Shown: positions 48,482-62,570, counted from the first letter of the stretch. The stretch: 64,000 bases of DNA from Paraspadella gotoi (GCA_051294375.1 CM119269.1:11452883-11516882), one strand, 5' to 3'. A program made the numbers and translations. The notes: a model not told the origin generated them from the letters alone.

Positions 48482-50167
48482 AAATTATAGATCGCCGTTT
48501 TTATGATTAAATTTGGGTGTATGAAGCTGAAAATTTATATACAGCTTCTTATCATTGATGTGCTTAAAATTGAGTCAGGACAGTTATTAAATATGTTTTG
48601 TTTACGTTTTATCAAAACAAACAAATTTTCTCTCTTTTATTTTTAGATTTCTTTCTCTCTCTCTTTTCTCTTTTAATAGGAAGCCGCTATAGAAAAAGAA
48701 GCCAGTGACTTTTTTCTTATACTTTTATATCAATAGATGTGAAATGACGGGAATATTGTAAATCTCAAGTTTCGCTTTAAATCGGACCTCACATTGTGGA
48801 GAAATCTTAGGAAACCCATCAAAATTCCACCCCTTTTTTTCAACATTCTCGCCTTTTAAGATTTTCGCCGATTCTGACTTCCTCTTACAAACTTATAATT
48901 CCGCTAGTTATTTTTTTTTCTTAAACGAGCGAAGGGAATCCACAACTTTCTGTTATTTATGATTTCTGGGTAAAAAATATAATAAATTACATTAACATTG
49001 GGATATTATGAAAGTGTAATATCTTATGAAGCCTGTGAGAGTTAAATAATTTAAAAATTCGCTTATTTTATTATTGAAAAATAACATCAAAGTGAAGAAG
49101 TTGAATGGCTTCCGGCTCCTTTCAGTAAACACCCTGTTCTCTTCAATAAGATTATGTTTACTTTTTGCTGGTGGAAAAGAAGGATAAATACTTAGGCTGT
49201 GATGGGGTAAATAATATTTTGTAGAATTTTGTAAGCATACTTGTAAAATCAGACAAGCAAATATTTAAGTTACAAAAAATTCACATTTTCTTTATCCAAA
49301 AACTTTAAAGTTTTACTAGAGTACAATTTAGCCTTTTTTCTTTCAGAATCATTAAAAAGAATTTAATTTTCATTTATTCTTATGGGGTGTCATTAGTTTT
49401 AAAATTCATATATAATTTGACTTAGTTTTGATACTCACCCTGTAAGGAGGTTTCAGCATAAGTAATTCTAATATTGTATCTTGTATGTGCCTTATGATTA
49501 TGGCTTCATTTTGGTACTATTGCCATCCCTTTATCTTTATTCCTTCAAAAGATATTAGGAAAAATCAGTTTTTTTTCTCAACCTTCCTTTTAATTTCTTT
49601 TTGAATAAAAATTTTGCGATTCAAACTGGACTATTTCATTTAAACCTGATCATTTTATGTCAAAATCTTTATAAAATGAAAAAAGAAAAATAGGACAAGC
49701 TCTTCAGACACAAAGCTATCTGAATCGCAAAATTCGAAGTTGCTCATGTAACAGGAACATATAGCAATCCCGTTTGCAATTTTAAGTTTTGTAAACTTTC
49801 CCTTTCATTTCTATAGTAAAAATGAGGTTTGAACATTCTCCGGAGATGAGTAGTGCATTTCCCCTGGCGTTTTGATATCAAATCCTTTATCAAATGCCAT
49901 AAAACGAATAGACAAGCTCTTCAGATGTAACGCTCTCGGAATCGTGCGTTTTTACAAGTGTTTTTTAACCGAATTTCTGGCAAACGCGTTTGCAATTTGG
50001 GTAGTCAGATTTGAACGGAATTCTCTATTTAGAAAAATGTTGAATTTTTTTTAAGCGAGATTCTCGTCTAATTAATGATAAGAATAATAATAATTAGGAA
50101 TAAGGGTAATTCCAATAATTTTAGTCTGGTACTTATGCCTTTCTGTTTATGATCAGTCTTAAAAAAA

Positions 50168-51753
50168 AGTTTGAGCAAACAATGTCGGATCTGCCTACAA
50201 TAATTAAGCGGTAATCTGCTTATCAGATGATAAATCACAATATTTTTTGAAATTTTTTTAACTCGCATCATTTTTCAACTTGCATAATTTTTTGCACGCA
50301 CATAATTTTTCAACTCTTCATTTTTTGATTTACATCATTTTTACAATTCACATCATTTTTTTAACTCGCATCATTTTTTCCACGCACATATTTTTTTCAA
50401 CTTTTTTTCAATTTATATCATTTTTATAATTCGCATAATTTTTTTTAACTTGCATCATTTTTTTAACTTGCATAATTTCTTCAACTTGCATAATTTTTTC
50501 AACTTGCATAATTTTTTCAAATTGCATAACTTTTTCAACTTGCATAATTTTTTCAACTTGCATAATTTTTTTAAATTGTATCATTTTTCCACTGGCACAA
50601 TTCCGTCAAAACTTTATATCTAGCTTCTTCACACACTTTCCTTTTCAATCTATTAATTCAATTATGATTAATTCGAGTAATTATGGGTTAAAATAAGTAA
50701 CATTGCAGGACTAACAAGATCGTGAAAGCAAAAAGATTCAAGTAAATGTGACTCATATTTTTTTTATTTAAACTCATTTCCACTCGTACGTTTCCACCAA
50801 AACTTTGTATCAAGCTTTGGAACACACTTTCCTACCCACACACAAAATTTCAACTCAATCTATCCATCCAATTATGATTAAATAGAGTATTTATTGGTTA
50901 AAATAAGTAAAAAGATTTTAGTAAATGCAACTTATGTTTTTTCCATTTAAACTCATTTCCGCTCGCACGATTCCATCGAAACTTTATATCCAGCTTCATC
51001 TCACACGGTCCTACCCACACACAAAATTTCATTCCAATCCAACCAGCCAATCACGAGTTATTGGGGCTTTTTGCTAAGATGGGACGGATGGACAGATTGA
51101 TAGACTAATTAATTAATTATTGATTAATTAATTGACTAATTAATTAATTATTGATTAATTAATTGACTAATTGATTAATTAACTGATTAATTATTTGATT
51201 TATTAATACATCCTTCATTTACATTTAATATAAAAGGAAAAAGAAGCATAATCAATTAGTGAAACAGGTTTTTTGTTTTTTTCCATTTAAACTCATTTCC
51301 ACTCAAACGATTCCATCGAAACTTGATTTCCAGCTCAATCACACACTTTCCTACCCAAATACAAAATTTCAAGTCAATCGCCCCATCCATTCTTGAGTAA
51401 TTGGTGTTCAAATAGTAAAAATTTTTTTTAATTTTTTCCATTTAAACTCATTTCCACTCGGACGATTCCATCGAAACTTTAGATAAAGCTCAATCACACA
51501 CTTCTCTACCTACACACAAAATTTCAGTCAAATCCATCCATCCAATCACGAGTAATTGGTGTTTTTTGCTAAGGTGGGACGGACGGACGGATAGACGGAC
51601 GGACGGACATCATTTTTTTTTGCATAATTTATCATAATTCGATGTTCTGACATGATATAAGTTAGTGCCCGACAATATTGAGGGGGCGGACCGACGGACC
51701 GACAAAGTGAATTATAGAGTCGGGATCTGCTGATAAGCAGATCCGACTAAAAA
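50168..51753 (-). mobile_element. Helentron/DINE-like element with internal 18-bp satellite
   Basis: Both termini match 24569-25991 in reverse. Partial copies lie at ~52325-52450 and ~53800-54372. Confidence 0.7.
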
Positions 51754-52201
51754 TTGACAAGTTTCTGTTTATGAGTTAAAAAAAAAGGCAATGGCCTAGT
51801 ATAAATGTTACGTACCATAATGATAGTATTTACTCGTGATTTTCATTTGCAAAGTTTCTGTCTATGACTAAAAAAAAAAATTGCCAATGGCCTAGTATAA
51901 GTGTTAGGAACCATAATGATAATATTTACTCATGATTTTCATTGGTATACTTAATACTTTTCCAATTTGCAGGGTCCGCAATGATCCTTAATTGTTGAAA
52001 TTTATATAATTATCTTTTTATGTGCCATCAGTGAAATTAATCTTGCTCAATACTCATTTATTGTTTGAATGTCAAATTTTATCTTTTTATCGTCTTAACT
52101 GTCAAATTGTCTCTTTTATTTCAGAAAAAAAAAATTTTCTCTCTCTCTCTCTTCTACTCTCTCTCTCTCACCAACTTAATGTTTGTAAAAATTTTTGTGG
52201 T

Positions 52202-52235
52202 TTGATGAAGGCTCGAAACTGAGCCGAAACATGTC
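52202..52235 (+). ncRNA. Hammerhead motif with core mutation (TTGATGA) in a Penelope-like tail
   Basis: TTGATGA-A-GGCTC-gaaact-GAGCC-GAAACATGTC. Confidence 0.65.
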
Positions 52236-52749
52236 CAATTCTATCTGATTTAAATTGTTGTTTTACAAAAATTTTCTTCTTACCTAAATCTAAATAAACA
52301 ACAAAAAGAAATGCTTAAACAATGCTTAATTTATCATAATTCGATGTTCTGACATGATTTAAGTGACTGACTGACAAGCTTTTGGGGCGAGTCCGACGGA
52401 CCGACAAAGTGAATTATAGAGTCGGAATCTGCAATAAGCAGATCCGACTAATTATTAATGCATTCAATATACATTGTACGACAATGTACGTGCTATCTTG
52501 CCCATATCTTTGGACTGGCTAAGGTGAGTTAAGGGCTAAATCCCTCTTACAAGATCATAATATAGCAAAACCATGCAAGCTTCCAATCAAGACAAAGAGC
52601 CGAGTTTTACTACTTTTTGTGCTTGACGTTATATTATTTACACTTCTTCAAATGGATAAAAAGGCCACTCCCTTAAGTATTATAGATCACTAGTAGCATT
52701 AAGCTATTAACTATTTAATTTTACAATTAAATGTGTTCCCTAAACATAG

Positions 52750-52854
52750 GCGACTTCGTTTGCCGGAAAGGCGAGATCGGCCGAGAAATGTACATCGTGG
52801 AAACCGGAAGATGCGAAGTCGTTATCGGCGCCGAAGGAGAAGAAAAAGTCGTAG
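52750..52854 (+). CDS. CNGB: CNG channel beta-type subunit, CNBD exon
   Basis: GDFVCRKGEIGREMYIVETGRCEVVIG. In phase with the exon ending at 35790 across a 17-kb intron. Confidence 0.93.
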   Translation, partial: ATSFAGKARSAEKCTSWKPEDAKSLSAPKEKKKS

Positions 52855-53220
52855 GTGGGCCGGATGTTTGCCGGAAAACTCGTAAAAAATGTATCACGGT
52901 GATATTAAACTGGTTCAGGACTGAAGTCGAGGGGGCGGATAAAAATGGGCATTGGCTAGTGGCTACAGAGTAATTTTGTCAAATATTTTTTGACATGGAA
53001 AACTTTGGGCTAGGTTGACTAATAACCGACCACTCGCTTATTTCAGAAGTCAAGAGACAGTATAAAAAAAATATAATCAATGAATTAATGAATAAAACAT
53101 TGAAGCAAGAAATAAGCCATCTAAAAGAATTGATTATTATCGTTCATTCCCCACCCAAATTCTATCACCCAACCTCTCCCTCTTTCCGCCCGCCAAATCG
53201 GTCTCCCCCGCCCCCCCAAG

Positions 53221-53342
53221 CGAATCTCCTCAATGGAAGCGTCTTCGGCGAGATTTCCCTCTTGGCCGTCGCCGGCGGAAATCGAAGGACGGCGGATGTC
53301 AGATCTAAAGGATTTTCTGATCTCTTTACTCTGGGAAAGCAG
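53221..53342 (+). CDS. CNGB: CNG channel beta-type subunit, phosphate-binding cassette exon
   Basis: [33 protein letters not shown]. Confidence 0.95.
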
Positions 53343-54477
53343 GTGCGAGGGTGAGGTGCGAGGGCAGGTGCGAGGGCAGGTGCGAGGGAGGTGCCTCGGT
53401 GGAGTTAATAATGGTAACAGTTTGAGGACAAATTTTAGTGCGAAATCAAACTATTGAATTAAAATTAAACAAAAACTTGTAGAAGACGAAAATAGTCTTA
53501 ACAAAAACTAAAAAATAGAACTAAATTAAACGGAAAAAGTAATAAATATAAATATAATATAAATATAATTTTATTAATTAATTAATTTGATCTGAAATTT
53601 TTTTTTTAGGTCTTTTCGTCACTGACTACGACAAAAGCAACGACGACGATGATGGCGACGACGACAATAATGCCGATAACGATTGACTTGATTTATTGAT
53701 TGAATAATTAGTTAATAGATAACTAAATAAATTGATTGATTGAATAATTGATTGATTATTAGACCGAATAATTATTTATTGATTAATTGACTAATTGTAA
53801 TCAATTAATCAATTAATTAACTGATTAATTATTTGATTAATTAATACATCTTGCATTTACATTTAATATAAAAGGAAAAAGAAGCATAATCAATAAGTGA
53901 AACAGGTTCTTTGTTTTTTCCATTTAAACTCATTTTCACTCAAACGATTCCATCGAAACTTGATTTCCAGATTAATCACTCACTTTTCACAAAATTTCAA
54001 GTCAATCGCCTCATCCACACATGAGCAATTGGTGTTCAAATAGTGAACTATATTTTTTTGTTTTTTTCATTTAAACTAATTTCCACTAGGACGATTCCAT
54101 CGAAACTCAAATCCAGCTCAATCACAAACTTCCCTACCCACACACAAAATTTCATTCCAATCACGAGTAATTGGAGTTTTTTGCTAAGGTGGGACGGATG
54201 GACAGAGACAGAGATAGACGGACGGACATTTTTTTTTTTTTTTTGCATAAATTATCATAATTCGATGTTTTGACATGAAATAAGTGAATGCCCGACAAGA
54301 CAGAGGGGGTGGACCGACGGACAGACAAAGTGAATTATAGAGTCGGGATCTGCTGACAAGCAGATCTGAATAAAAAACTAGAACTTTACAATCAAAAACT
54401 AAACAAAACTTATACAAATTAAACACCCGAAAAAAACGAAAAGAAAAAAAAAAACAACGCCTTTGTTTTTTTCCCAG

Positions 54478-54618
54478 GATCTCGACGAAGCGTTGATAGA
54501 TTTTCCGGAAGCTAAAAAAGTTTTAACGAGAAAAGCGATGGCTCTTTTAAACAAAGATGTGGGAGGAAAAGAGAAAAAGAACGAAAAATCCGACGCTATT
54601 TTGTTTTCTTTGCCACAG
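54478..54618 (+). CDS. CNGB: CNG channel beta-type subunit, C-helix exon
   Basis: DLDEALIDFPEAKKVLTRKAMALL; ttcccag| and |GTATTG boundaries. Confidence 0.88.
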
Positions 54619-54724
54619 GTATTGAAATAATATTTTCCAAATTTTTAATATTTTTACTATTTTTATTATTTTTATTATTGCGTATATAAAATTATTATTT
54701 TATCAATATTCAAAATCTAAATAG

Positions 54725-54924
54725 GAAAAACGTAAGCATCTCGATATTGCTGGAGTCGTGAGATTGGCGAAACAAAAGATCGCGGACGAACGAACTCGCC
54801 CACCAGAGAAACGAGAAGAGACAAAGTCGGTCAGAGAGCGCAGAGCGAATTTCGAACAAAAGACATCGTCTAGCGAGCGGGGATTTAATATCGACAGTTT
54901 GGAGGCCTCGCCTTGTCAAGAAAT
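54725..54924 (+). CDS. CNGB: CNG subunit C-terminal tail exon (predicted)
   Basis: Open in-phase frame EKRKHLDIAGVVRLAKQK..., with AG and GTGCGT boundaries. Confidence 0.6.
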
Positions 54925-55036
54925 GTGCGTATATATTATAACGAGCCAAAATTGAAATATGCATAATTTCGTAAATTAATTTTGGGAAAACAATGACGGC
55001 TTTTAAATTAAATATTAAATGAAATTAATTTTACAG

Positions 55037-55199
55037 CCTGGACTGTAGAAAGAAGAGGGCGCTTTGGAGGAAGAGCGTCAAGTGGACGACGGATTCCGCG
55101 GCTCGAAGCGAATCGGGGGATGTAGAGGGAGTCGCGGATGCGGAGGGATGTCGGGATTATCTGGACGATCTCATTCAAGATCATGTCTCGAAACGATGA
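55037..55199 (+). CDS. CNGB: CNG subunit terminal exon (predicted)
   Basis: ttttacag| acceptor; phase-consistent frame ending DYLDDLIQDHVSKR-TGA. Confidence 0.55.
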
Positions 55200-57735
55200 T
55201 TCGGGGGAAAAAACTACGTCCAGATAACTTTTTTAAAAAATTAACAACTGATATAAATTTTTCCAGTTTTGGGCCAAATCTTACTTTCGCCGACCGCGGT
55301 TTTGGCGGCTTTTAACAAAAAATTGTAAAAAATATTATTTAATTAGTTTAATTAATTACTTTAAACCCTTTTAACCTTAACTACTTTTATCCCATTCTTA
55401 ATCATAACCCTTCCTTAACCCCGGTCGGTAAAGATAAAATTACCCCAAAAATATTTAATTTAACATTAAAAATAATTTGATATCAAAATTCAAATTAAAT
55501 CATACTTTTACCGATCAAAATTTTAACGTATTTAAAAAAAATAAATTTTTTACAAAAATTAATTAGTTATTTAATTACTTTAAATTTAAACACCTTTTTC
55601 TCGTATATTGATTATCATAAATGCCCTCTAAGGTTTTTTGAAACGTTTTAAAGGATAAAAAGTTATTTGAAAAAATATGAAGAAAAAATTTATTAACCGA
55701 CAAATTTAGTTCTTAAGAAAATCATTTATGGTAGTTGAACGACTTTTGATTTATAATTTTAATATTAAAAAAATCTTAAAATCAATAGGATCGTCGCAAT
55801 TACATAAGAAAAATCTGGATTGACGACAAATTTTGATACTAAAAAAAATCAAATTTGAAAAAAATAAAGAAAAAAAAATAATCCACGAAAATCTCGGATG
55901 TAAATTTGGGAATAAATGGCGATAATAAAAGTTTTTAGAGGGAAAAAATTAATCAGAGAGAGAGAGAGAGAGAAAGAAGCCAAATCATTTTCAGCAGCAG
56001 GAAAAAAAAAGAAATCAAAAGGCAGCAGCAGAAGCAGCAGGAGAAAAGAGAGAAAAAGAAAGAGCCCCTGCAGAGCCAGCTGCAGACTCAAAAGGCAGCA
56101 GCAGAAGCAGCAGGAGAAAAGAGAGAGAAAGAATAAGCCCCTGCAGAGCCAGCTGCAGACTCGTTTTTTTCCCCTACGATTATAAATCAGTGACTAGGGA
56201 AAAGAGAGAGGGAGAGAGACATGTAATTAAAAGAGAAAAGAGAGAGAGAAAGAAATATCAAAATAAAAGAGAAAATTTGTTTGTTTTGATAAAACGTAAA
56301 CTGTCCAGACTCAATTTTAAGCACATCGATGATGAGAAGCTGTATATAAATTTTCAGCTTCATAAACCCAAATTTAATCATAAAAAAGGCGATCTAAAAT
56401 TTGGAACGCCGACAACAACGACGACGACGACACTTATGCGCAAAGGTGTTACAATATCGTCGCAAACGCTTAGCGCTTGCGACGATAAAAATTGACCTAA
56501 TTTAATATTTTTTAAAATTTATATATAAGTAAAAGGTGTATGTTAGCTAAATACAAAATCCTTAATCTTTTTAAAAGTACGCTAAACAACTTAAGATCGG
56601 AAAATCGATCCAAAAAAAATTACAATTTTTGAAGAATATCGAACTATTTTTTATTACTTTTTAAATAAAAAACATTTTAAGATTTTTTAAAAAGGCGGAC
56701 AAATACGGATTAAATTTAATAACTGATTGAAAAAATATATCATTAAGAACTAAATCTGATCGTTTAAAATCGGCTGAAATTCTATAAGTTTTAATTATGT
56801 TTTTCATATTATACATAATACCATTATATAAAAATCTTTTTTTATTTGTTAATAGACTAAACAAAGCTTTTAACATAAAATTAAAATTGTTTTGTTCTAC
56901 CTATTTGGGTGAAACAAACCTCTCAAAGACTCGCCCAAAATAAAGATTTGCATATAACTTGAGAAAGAATAATTTTTAAAAACTGTTTACTTACTTAAAA
57001 CTATACCATTACTATAAAAAAACTGAATATGTATTTATACCCGTATGTTCAAGTAGCTTTTATCCAGTGACCAGTTTTAATTTTTTTTTTTATTACTATG
57101 CCCGGTCGGCGAAGGTAAAATTAACCCAAAATTCTAATAAACTAATAGAAAAAACGTTAATATTAAGTTAATATGCGTAACAACTTGGCCAACCTCCGCC
57201 GGCTTAATCTTATTTAAGGCCTAGAAAACTGCTAATGGCACTAGCTGCAGGCTTTACACAATGTGCATTGAATAATAAAGCGTAGTAAAGTTTTTAAACT
57301 TAATTTTAATTAAAATTCTAAAAGCAAAGAACAACATTATACTAATGAACATTTATGTAATAAAAAAATTTTTATTAAATTTTATAATTTATGCAGTAGG
57401 ACATTTATACTAGTACTAAACCAACAAATACTTAAATTTAAAAACAGTTTTTTCTAAGATTTTTTTACAGATTTTGGATTTGTCATAAAAAGTTAATAAA
57501 AAGAAATATAACTTCTTGAAAAATTATTTTATTAAATAGGTCAAAAATAGAAAAAGCTATATTTTAAGCTGTTAATTAACTTTTTATATATTAAATATTT
57601 TTTATTAATTTTTAACCCACATAATGAAATAATTTTTAAAAATAATTTTGTTATGATTCTTTCTTTTCGTTGTGTTTGTAAATTAGGAAAAACAGTTTTT
57701 AAGGTCAACAACGATTTATTATTGGATATAAGTCG

Positions 57736-57771
57736 GACAAGTTTCAACTCTTTATTAAGAGTCTTCTTCAG
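57736..57771 (-). ncRNA. Hammerhead ribozyme variant
   Basis: CTGAAGA-A-GACTC-ttaataaa-GAGTT-GAAACTTGTC. Confidence 0.65.
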
Positions 57772-57974
57772 CGATTTTTAACAATCAACAATTTTCTCTC
57801 TTTAACATGAGCTTTGAGAGTGAGAGAGAGAGAGAGAGAGAGGAGGGAGATTCCAACAAAGAATTTGTCCTTTCTATAAAAAAATCTATATTTATATATA
57901 ATATTATCCTTTTAGTGAAAACAAAGTTTAAGAGTTATTGTAATTAACACACGATTTTTTATTTAATTTAATCA

Positions 57975-58008
57975 GACATGTTTCAACTCTTGTTCGAGCC
58001 TTCATCAG
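57975..58008 (-). ncRNA. Minimal hammerhead ribozyme
   Basis: CTGATGA-A-GGCTC-gaacaa-GAGTT-GAAACATGTC. Confidence 0.8.
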
Positions 58009-58426
58009 TGTTTGACAGACTATCAAAAACTTTTGCAAAAGTAAATGTTTGAGAGAGAGAGAGAAGAGAGAAGAGAGAGAGAGAGTTTAAAGTTTCCAAC
58101 AAAGTGGTGAGACAGAATAGTGGTCAGAGGTGAGGACAGGTGAAGGCAAGGACAGATTGAGTGAGTTTTTGAAAAAGAAAATGAAATGGTCAAACAGAGA
58201 AGGAGAGAAGAGAGATAATATGATACATTTGTGCAATGTACAACAAAGATATAAGTTTCTTAAAGTGGAAATAACAATTAGCTAAATAATAAATTAAATT
58301 AAATATAGAATTTGAAATGTGAAATAAGAAAAATTACATTTGTTAGGGATAGTAAAGTTAAAGAGAAGAAAGATGAAATATAAGAGATAAGATAGAGCTC
58401 AAAAGTTTTTGATAGTCTGTCAAACA

Positions 58427-58460
58427 CTGATGAAGGCTCGAACAAGAGTTGAAACATGTC
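58427..58460 (+). ncRNA. Minimal hammerhead ribozyme (inverted pseudo-LTR copy)
   Basis: Exact inverted copy of 57975-58008. Confidence 0.8.
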
Positions 58461-61064
58461 TGATTAAATTAAATAAAAAAATCGTTGTAATACAAACTCT
58501 AAATTTGTTTTCACTAAAACACCTAAACAACGAAAAGAAAAGAATACCACAATATTATCCTTATAAAATCAAAATGGGTTAAATTTTTATTATCGTCAAA
58601 AGTTAAAAGAAAATATAAATCTTTAAAAATTCTTTCATTAAGTTGGTTAAAAATAAAAACTATTTAATATATAAAATTAATTATCAGCTTAAAATATAAG
58701 TTTTTCTGATACTTGATTTAAAAAAAAATATTTTTTATATTAACTTTTCATAAAAAATCCAAATCTTACAAAAAAACTATTTTGAAATTTTAACATTTAC
58801 AGGACTATGGCCAACTGCGTAAATTGTAAAATTTATATTAAAAATTTTTTATACAAATGTTTTTTAGTATAATTGTTCGTTTATCACTTTTAAAATGGTA
58901 ATTTAAATTAAATTTAGAATTTTTACTACGCTTTACTGGTTAGAATTGATTCAATACGTCATCAAATCTATATACAAGGGTACAAGCAAAGAAATGGTTT
59001 CATTTAACTGAAAATCTTAGTTGAGACTAATGAAAGTAAAACATTTAAAAAAAATATAAAGCTAGCATTTTTACTGATGGGACAGGCTAACTATACCAAT
59101 ATTGGGGTAGGGAATCTGATGGTAAGGTCAAAAATCGTCGCAAACCTCGATATCGCTTGACTACCGGGCCCTGAATGAGCATTTTTAGCTTTTAGAATTT
59201 CCAATAATTTTTGTAGTTTATTATTATCCAACTGAAATGAATAATAATTAATTAGTTTTTTATTCTTTTTTTACACATTTTAAAGTACAATTAATGATTA
59301 TACTTTGATATTTTTTTCTTTCTTAGCCCTGAAACGAGCATAATACCTCAAAAAAAAGTTTTTTTTTTAAATTTTGCTGAAAATTTTCTGAATTTTTTTG
59401 TAATTACTAATTTTAAATTTTAAAACATTTAATTCAGAATAAGTAAAAGTCTTTGGTTTATTTTGGGCTTTTGGCAATGGTAAAGTTTTATTTATCTTCA
59501 TAGTAAATTATGGACAGGTTTTGACGAAGTCATATCTTCATCAGTGTAAATTAAAAATTTTTGGAGACATGGTTTGAGAAGAAAAGAAAGTGGAGAGAGA
59601 GAGATGGAATGGTTTCCTTTTCAAACCATGTCTCTCAAAATTTTTAATTGCACTGATGAAAACTCCAATAATTCACCAAAACCCTAATATCAGTAATATC
59701 ATAGTATTATTTTGTAATTATATTAGAAAAAAATTGATAATATTAAAGTAAAATTAATGAATAAAATTTCGAAGCTTCAGAATTGAGTATTGATATCAGA
59801 GAAAGATAGATAATAAATAATATTGATTAATCGCAGGAGAGAGAGCGAGAAAGAAAGCAAAAAAGTGGCAAGCGCGAGACTGAAAAAACGGGTGAAATAA
59901 AAAGTATGGGTTTTTGGGAAACATGTCCAACTATTAATTAAAAATCGTTGTTACAAATTCAAAATTCTTTGCTTTCTCTAATATCAATAAACAACGAAAA
60001 AGAAAGGATTATCGCATCGGGTTTTTGTTTGAAAAAATATCCAAATTCATCTCCCCTTTTTACCCATATTCAACCCCCTAAGTTTAAACTTTTTTAAACT
60101 TTGGCTCTGGGCACTAATGTTAAATTTCCTTGAGAGAACGTGTTTCTAGTTATGTATTAAATTTTTTTGTTCATAAAAAAATCTATATACATAGCTTACA
60201 CTTATAGATATAAAATTATATTGTAATAATCCTTTTTCGTTGTGCGAGTTATTAAAAAATAGAAAAAATTTGAGGTTCAATAAAATTAAAAATAAAAACA
60301 AATCGTTGTTGAACCTCAAAGTTTCTCTAATAATTAAATTAAATTTCTTAAAAGCTTTTATGAAAAAACCTTAGTTCATAAAACAGTTTACGTTTATACT
60401 CTAGAAATATTTTATTAACTAATTTAAATGGGCATCTTTTTTTAAGATTTTTAGTATTTGTTTATTATTATTAGCCAACAAGGTTATAAAAAAATAGTTA
60501 AAATTTTTACTATTAAATTATCTTATTTCAATGTTCATCCTTGAAGCTTTCTCTTAAATGACAAAAGATTTGTGGCCATCCCCCTTTAAAATACGAAAAA
60601 AACACTTAAATGCGCAGATGGCCAGTGCACCAAATGCAAATTAACTTGCATTTGATGCTGATGATGAAATCAATCACAAAAGATGGCCTCAAGAAAATTA
60701 TTGATCAGATGCCTGGAAAGGATCCTTTTCAAGACAAAAGTGATGAAAAAAAGAAAATGATTAAATTTAATGACAAATATTAATAGGTCAAGACAGAAAA
60801 TACAAAAGATGAAGGTTTCTCATTTTAAATTAGATGTTAAAGATTTGCTTCTGTGAACTTATTTCAATAAAGAGAGACAGGATCAAGTCTACTGAATTGG
60901 AATCTTAGATTTCTGATGAAAGAAGAATTAAATTACTTCTTTTTTCAATTTCACCTTTTCATGTAACTGGTTTAGTAATTTAGGCTCCAATCTGCCACTT
61001 CCGGCGAAGTCGTTTTCTACCGCGAAATATCATGTAAATAAGCTATCCCAACCTATAATTATAA

Positions 61065-61423
61065 TCACGATTCAAAGAGGGCTCGAGGGCTTTGATGTAT
61101 ATTGCCTCTCTAATACCTCTTGAGAACCAGTTCGGGTCATGGGACAGCACGAGACAGTCTGTTTCTCTAAATACATGGCCAGTATTTACCGTATGCTCGG
61201 CTACAGCGGACAAGTAATGACCGCGGGCATCACGATATGGTTTCGTGTGCTGCTGAAATCGATCCGTCAGAGATTTGCCTGTCTCGCCCACGTATGCTGC
61301 TGTACAGGCTTGGTTGCCCGCCCCTGCACAGGCCGCCCAATAGACGGCTCCTGATGTTTTCGGTCTGGGGATTTTATCTTTCGGTTTCACCAATAGCTCA
61401 CGCAGAGAACCGCGGGCCGTCAC
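61065..61423 (-). mobile_element. Penelope-like GIY-YIG endonuclease fragment
   Basis: KPKD...SGAVY...C...C...YVGETGKSLTDRFQQH...AVAEH...GH...REAIYIK..EPSLNRD. An inverted pseudo-LTR is fused at 61436-61968. Confidence 0.92.
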
Positions 61424-61843
61424 TGAGGTGGAGATCCCCTGCTTTGAGCTCTATCTTAACTCTTATACTTCACTATAATAATAATTGCTTAACTATCCCT
61501 CACCTCTATTTCCTTCACATTTCAAATTTCACAATTTCATCTTCACTAACTTATTTATTCACAGTAAATTGTTAACACTGATCATTAAGTTTTAAACAAT
61601 ATTTATCTTTGTTGTACATTGCACAATGTATTATTTTTCAAGTTCTCTCACTCTCTCTCTCCTTCTCTCTCTCTCTCACCATTTCAATTTCTTTTCACAA
61701 ACTGGCTCTATTTGTTTCACCTTAATCTGTCCTCACAATTGACCACTATCCCTTCTCAACTCTGTGTTGGAAACTTTGCCCTCTCTCTCTCTCACTCTTT
61801 CTTTATGCACATAATTTGTTTCAAATTCACTAACTTTTTAATG

Positions 61844-61877
61844 CTGATGAAGGCTTGTAATTAAGCCGAAACATATC
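61844..61877 (+). ncRNA. Hammerhead ribozyme variant in the inverted pseudo-LTR
   Basis: CTGATGA-A-GGCTT-gtaatt-AAGCC-GAAACATATC. Confidence 0.7.
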
Positions 61878-62570
61878 CATTTTTTTTATTAAAAATAAAA
61901 TCGTTGTTGAAAATTCATTTCAAACTTTTCTAATAATTATTACACAACGAAAAGAAAGGATTATACCACAATATTTATTATTTAAAAATAAACAATTGTT
62001 TTGACCTTTGCATTCTGTTAATAAACCAAAATTATTTTTTATTATCTTTTTTAAAGTAAAAAACCGATTGGATTGTTTTCAGTAATAATTTACTTGAAAA
62101 ATAATAATTAATAAAATAAATATAAAATTTTAAAAGTTTTAATCTAGTTTTAAATTAAAGCAAATAGTTACTTCAAATTATGATAAATATTAAAGTTTAT
62201 ATAATAAAATTTACTTTCTCATTAGTCTAAAAAAGTAATTTAAATAGATTAATAATCTTTAACGTTTTAAAATGTAGGAAAAATTGGAAAATGCTCGTTC
62301 AGGGCCTGGTAGTCAAGCGATTTCGACTAAACTGAGCAATTTTGACCTCACCATCAAATTTCCCACCCCGAAATTGGTCTAATAAGCCTGTCAAACCATT
62401 AAAAAAATAGAGTTTTTTTGAAAGGATTTACTAATGAAAGGATTTGTAAGACCTGCACTAATCAAAAATTCCATATCGTAAATGAATGTATTTTGTATGG
62501 AATCGAACAAGTCATCGCGACATTATCTTTCAATAAAATTAAGTTCAAAACAAAAAAAATGTTCCATCTT

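Larger units (their letters stand above)
57276..58935. mobile_element. hAT-like MITE (family of 26188-26769) with nested Penelope-like tails
   Basis: Ends TAAAGCGTAGTAAA / TTTTACTACGCTTTA, no intact TSD. Penelope-type tails at ~57655-58545. Confidence 0.65.
59070..62405. mobile_element. Old TIR DNA transposon remnant
   Basis: Diverged ~120-bp inverted repeats at 59070-59190 and 62285-62405 (TCGCTTGACTACCGGGCCCTGAA / TTCAGGGCCTGGTAGTCAAGCGA). Confidence 0.6.
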
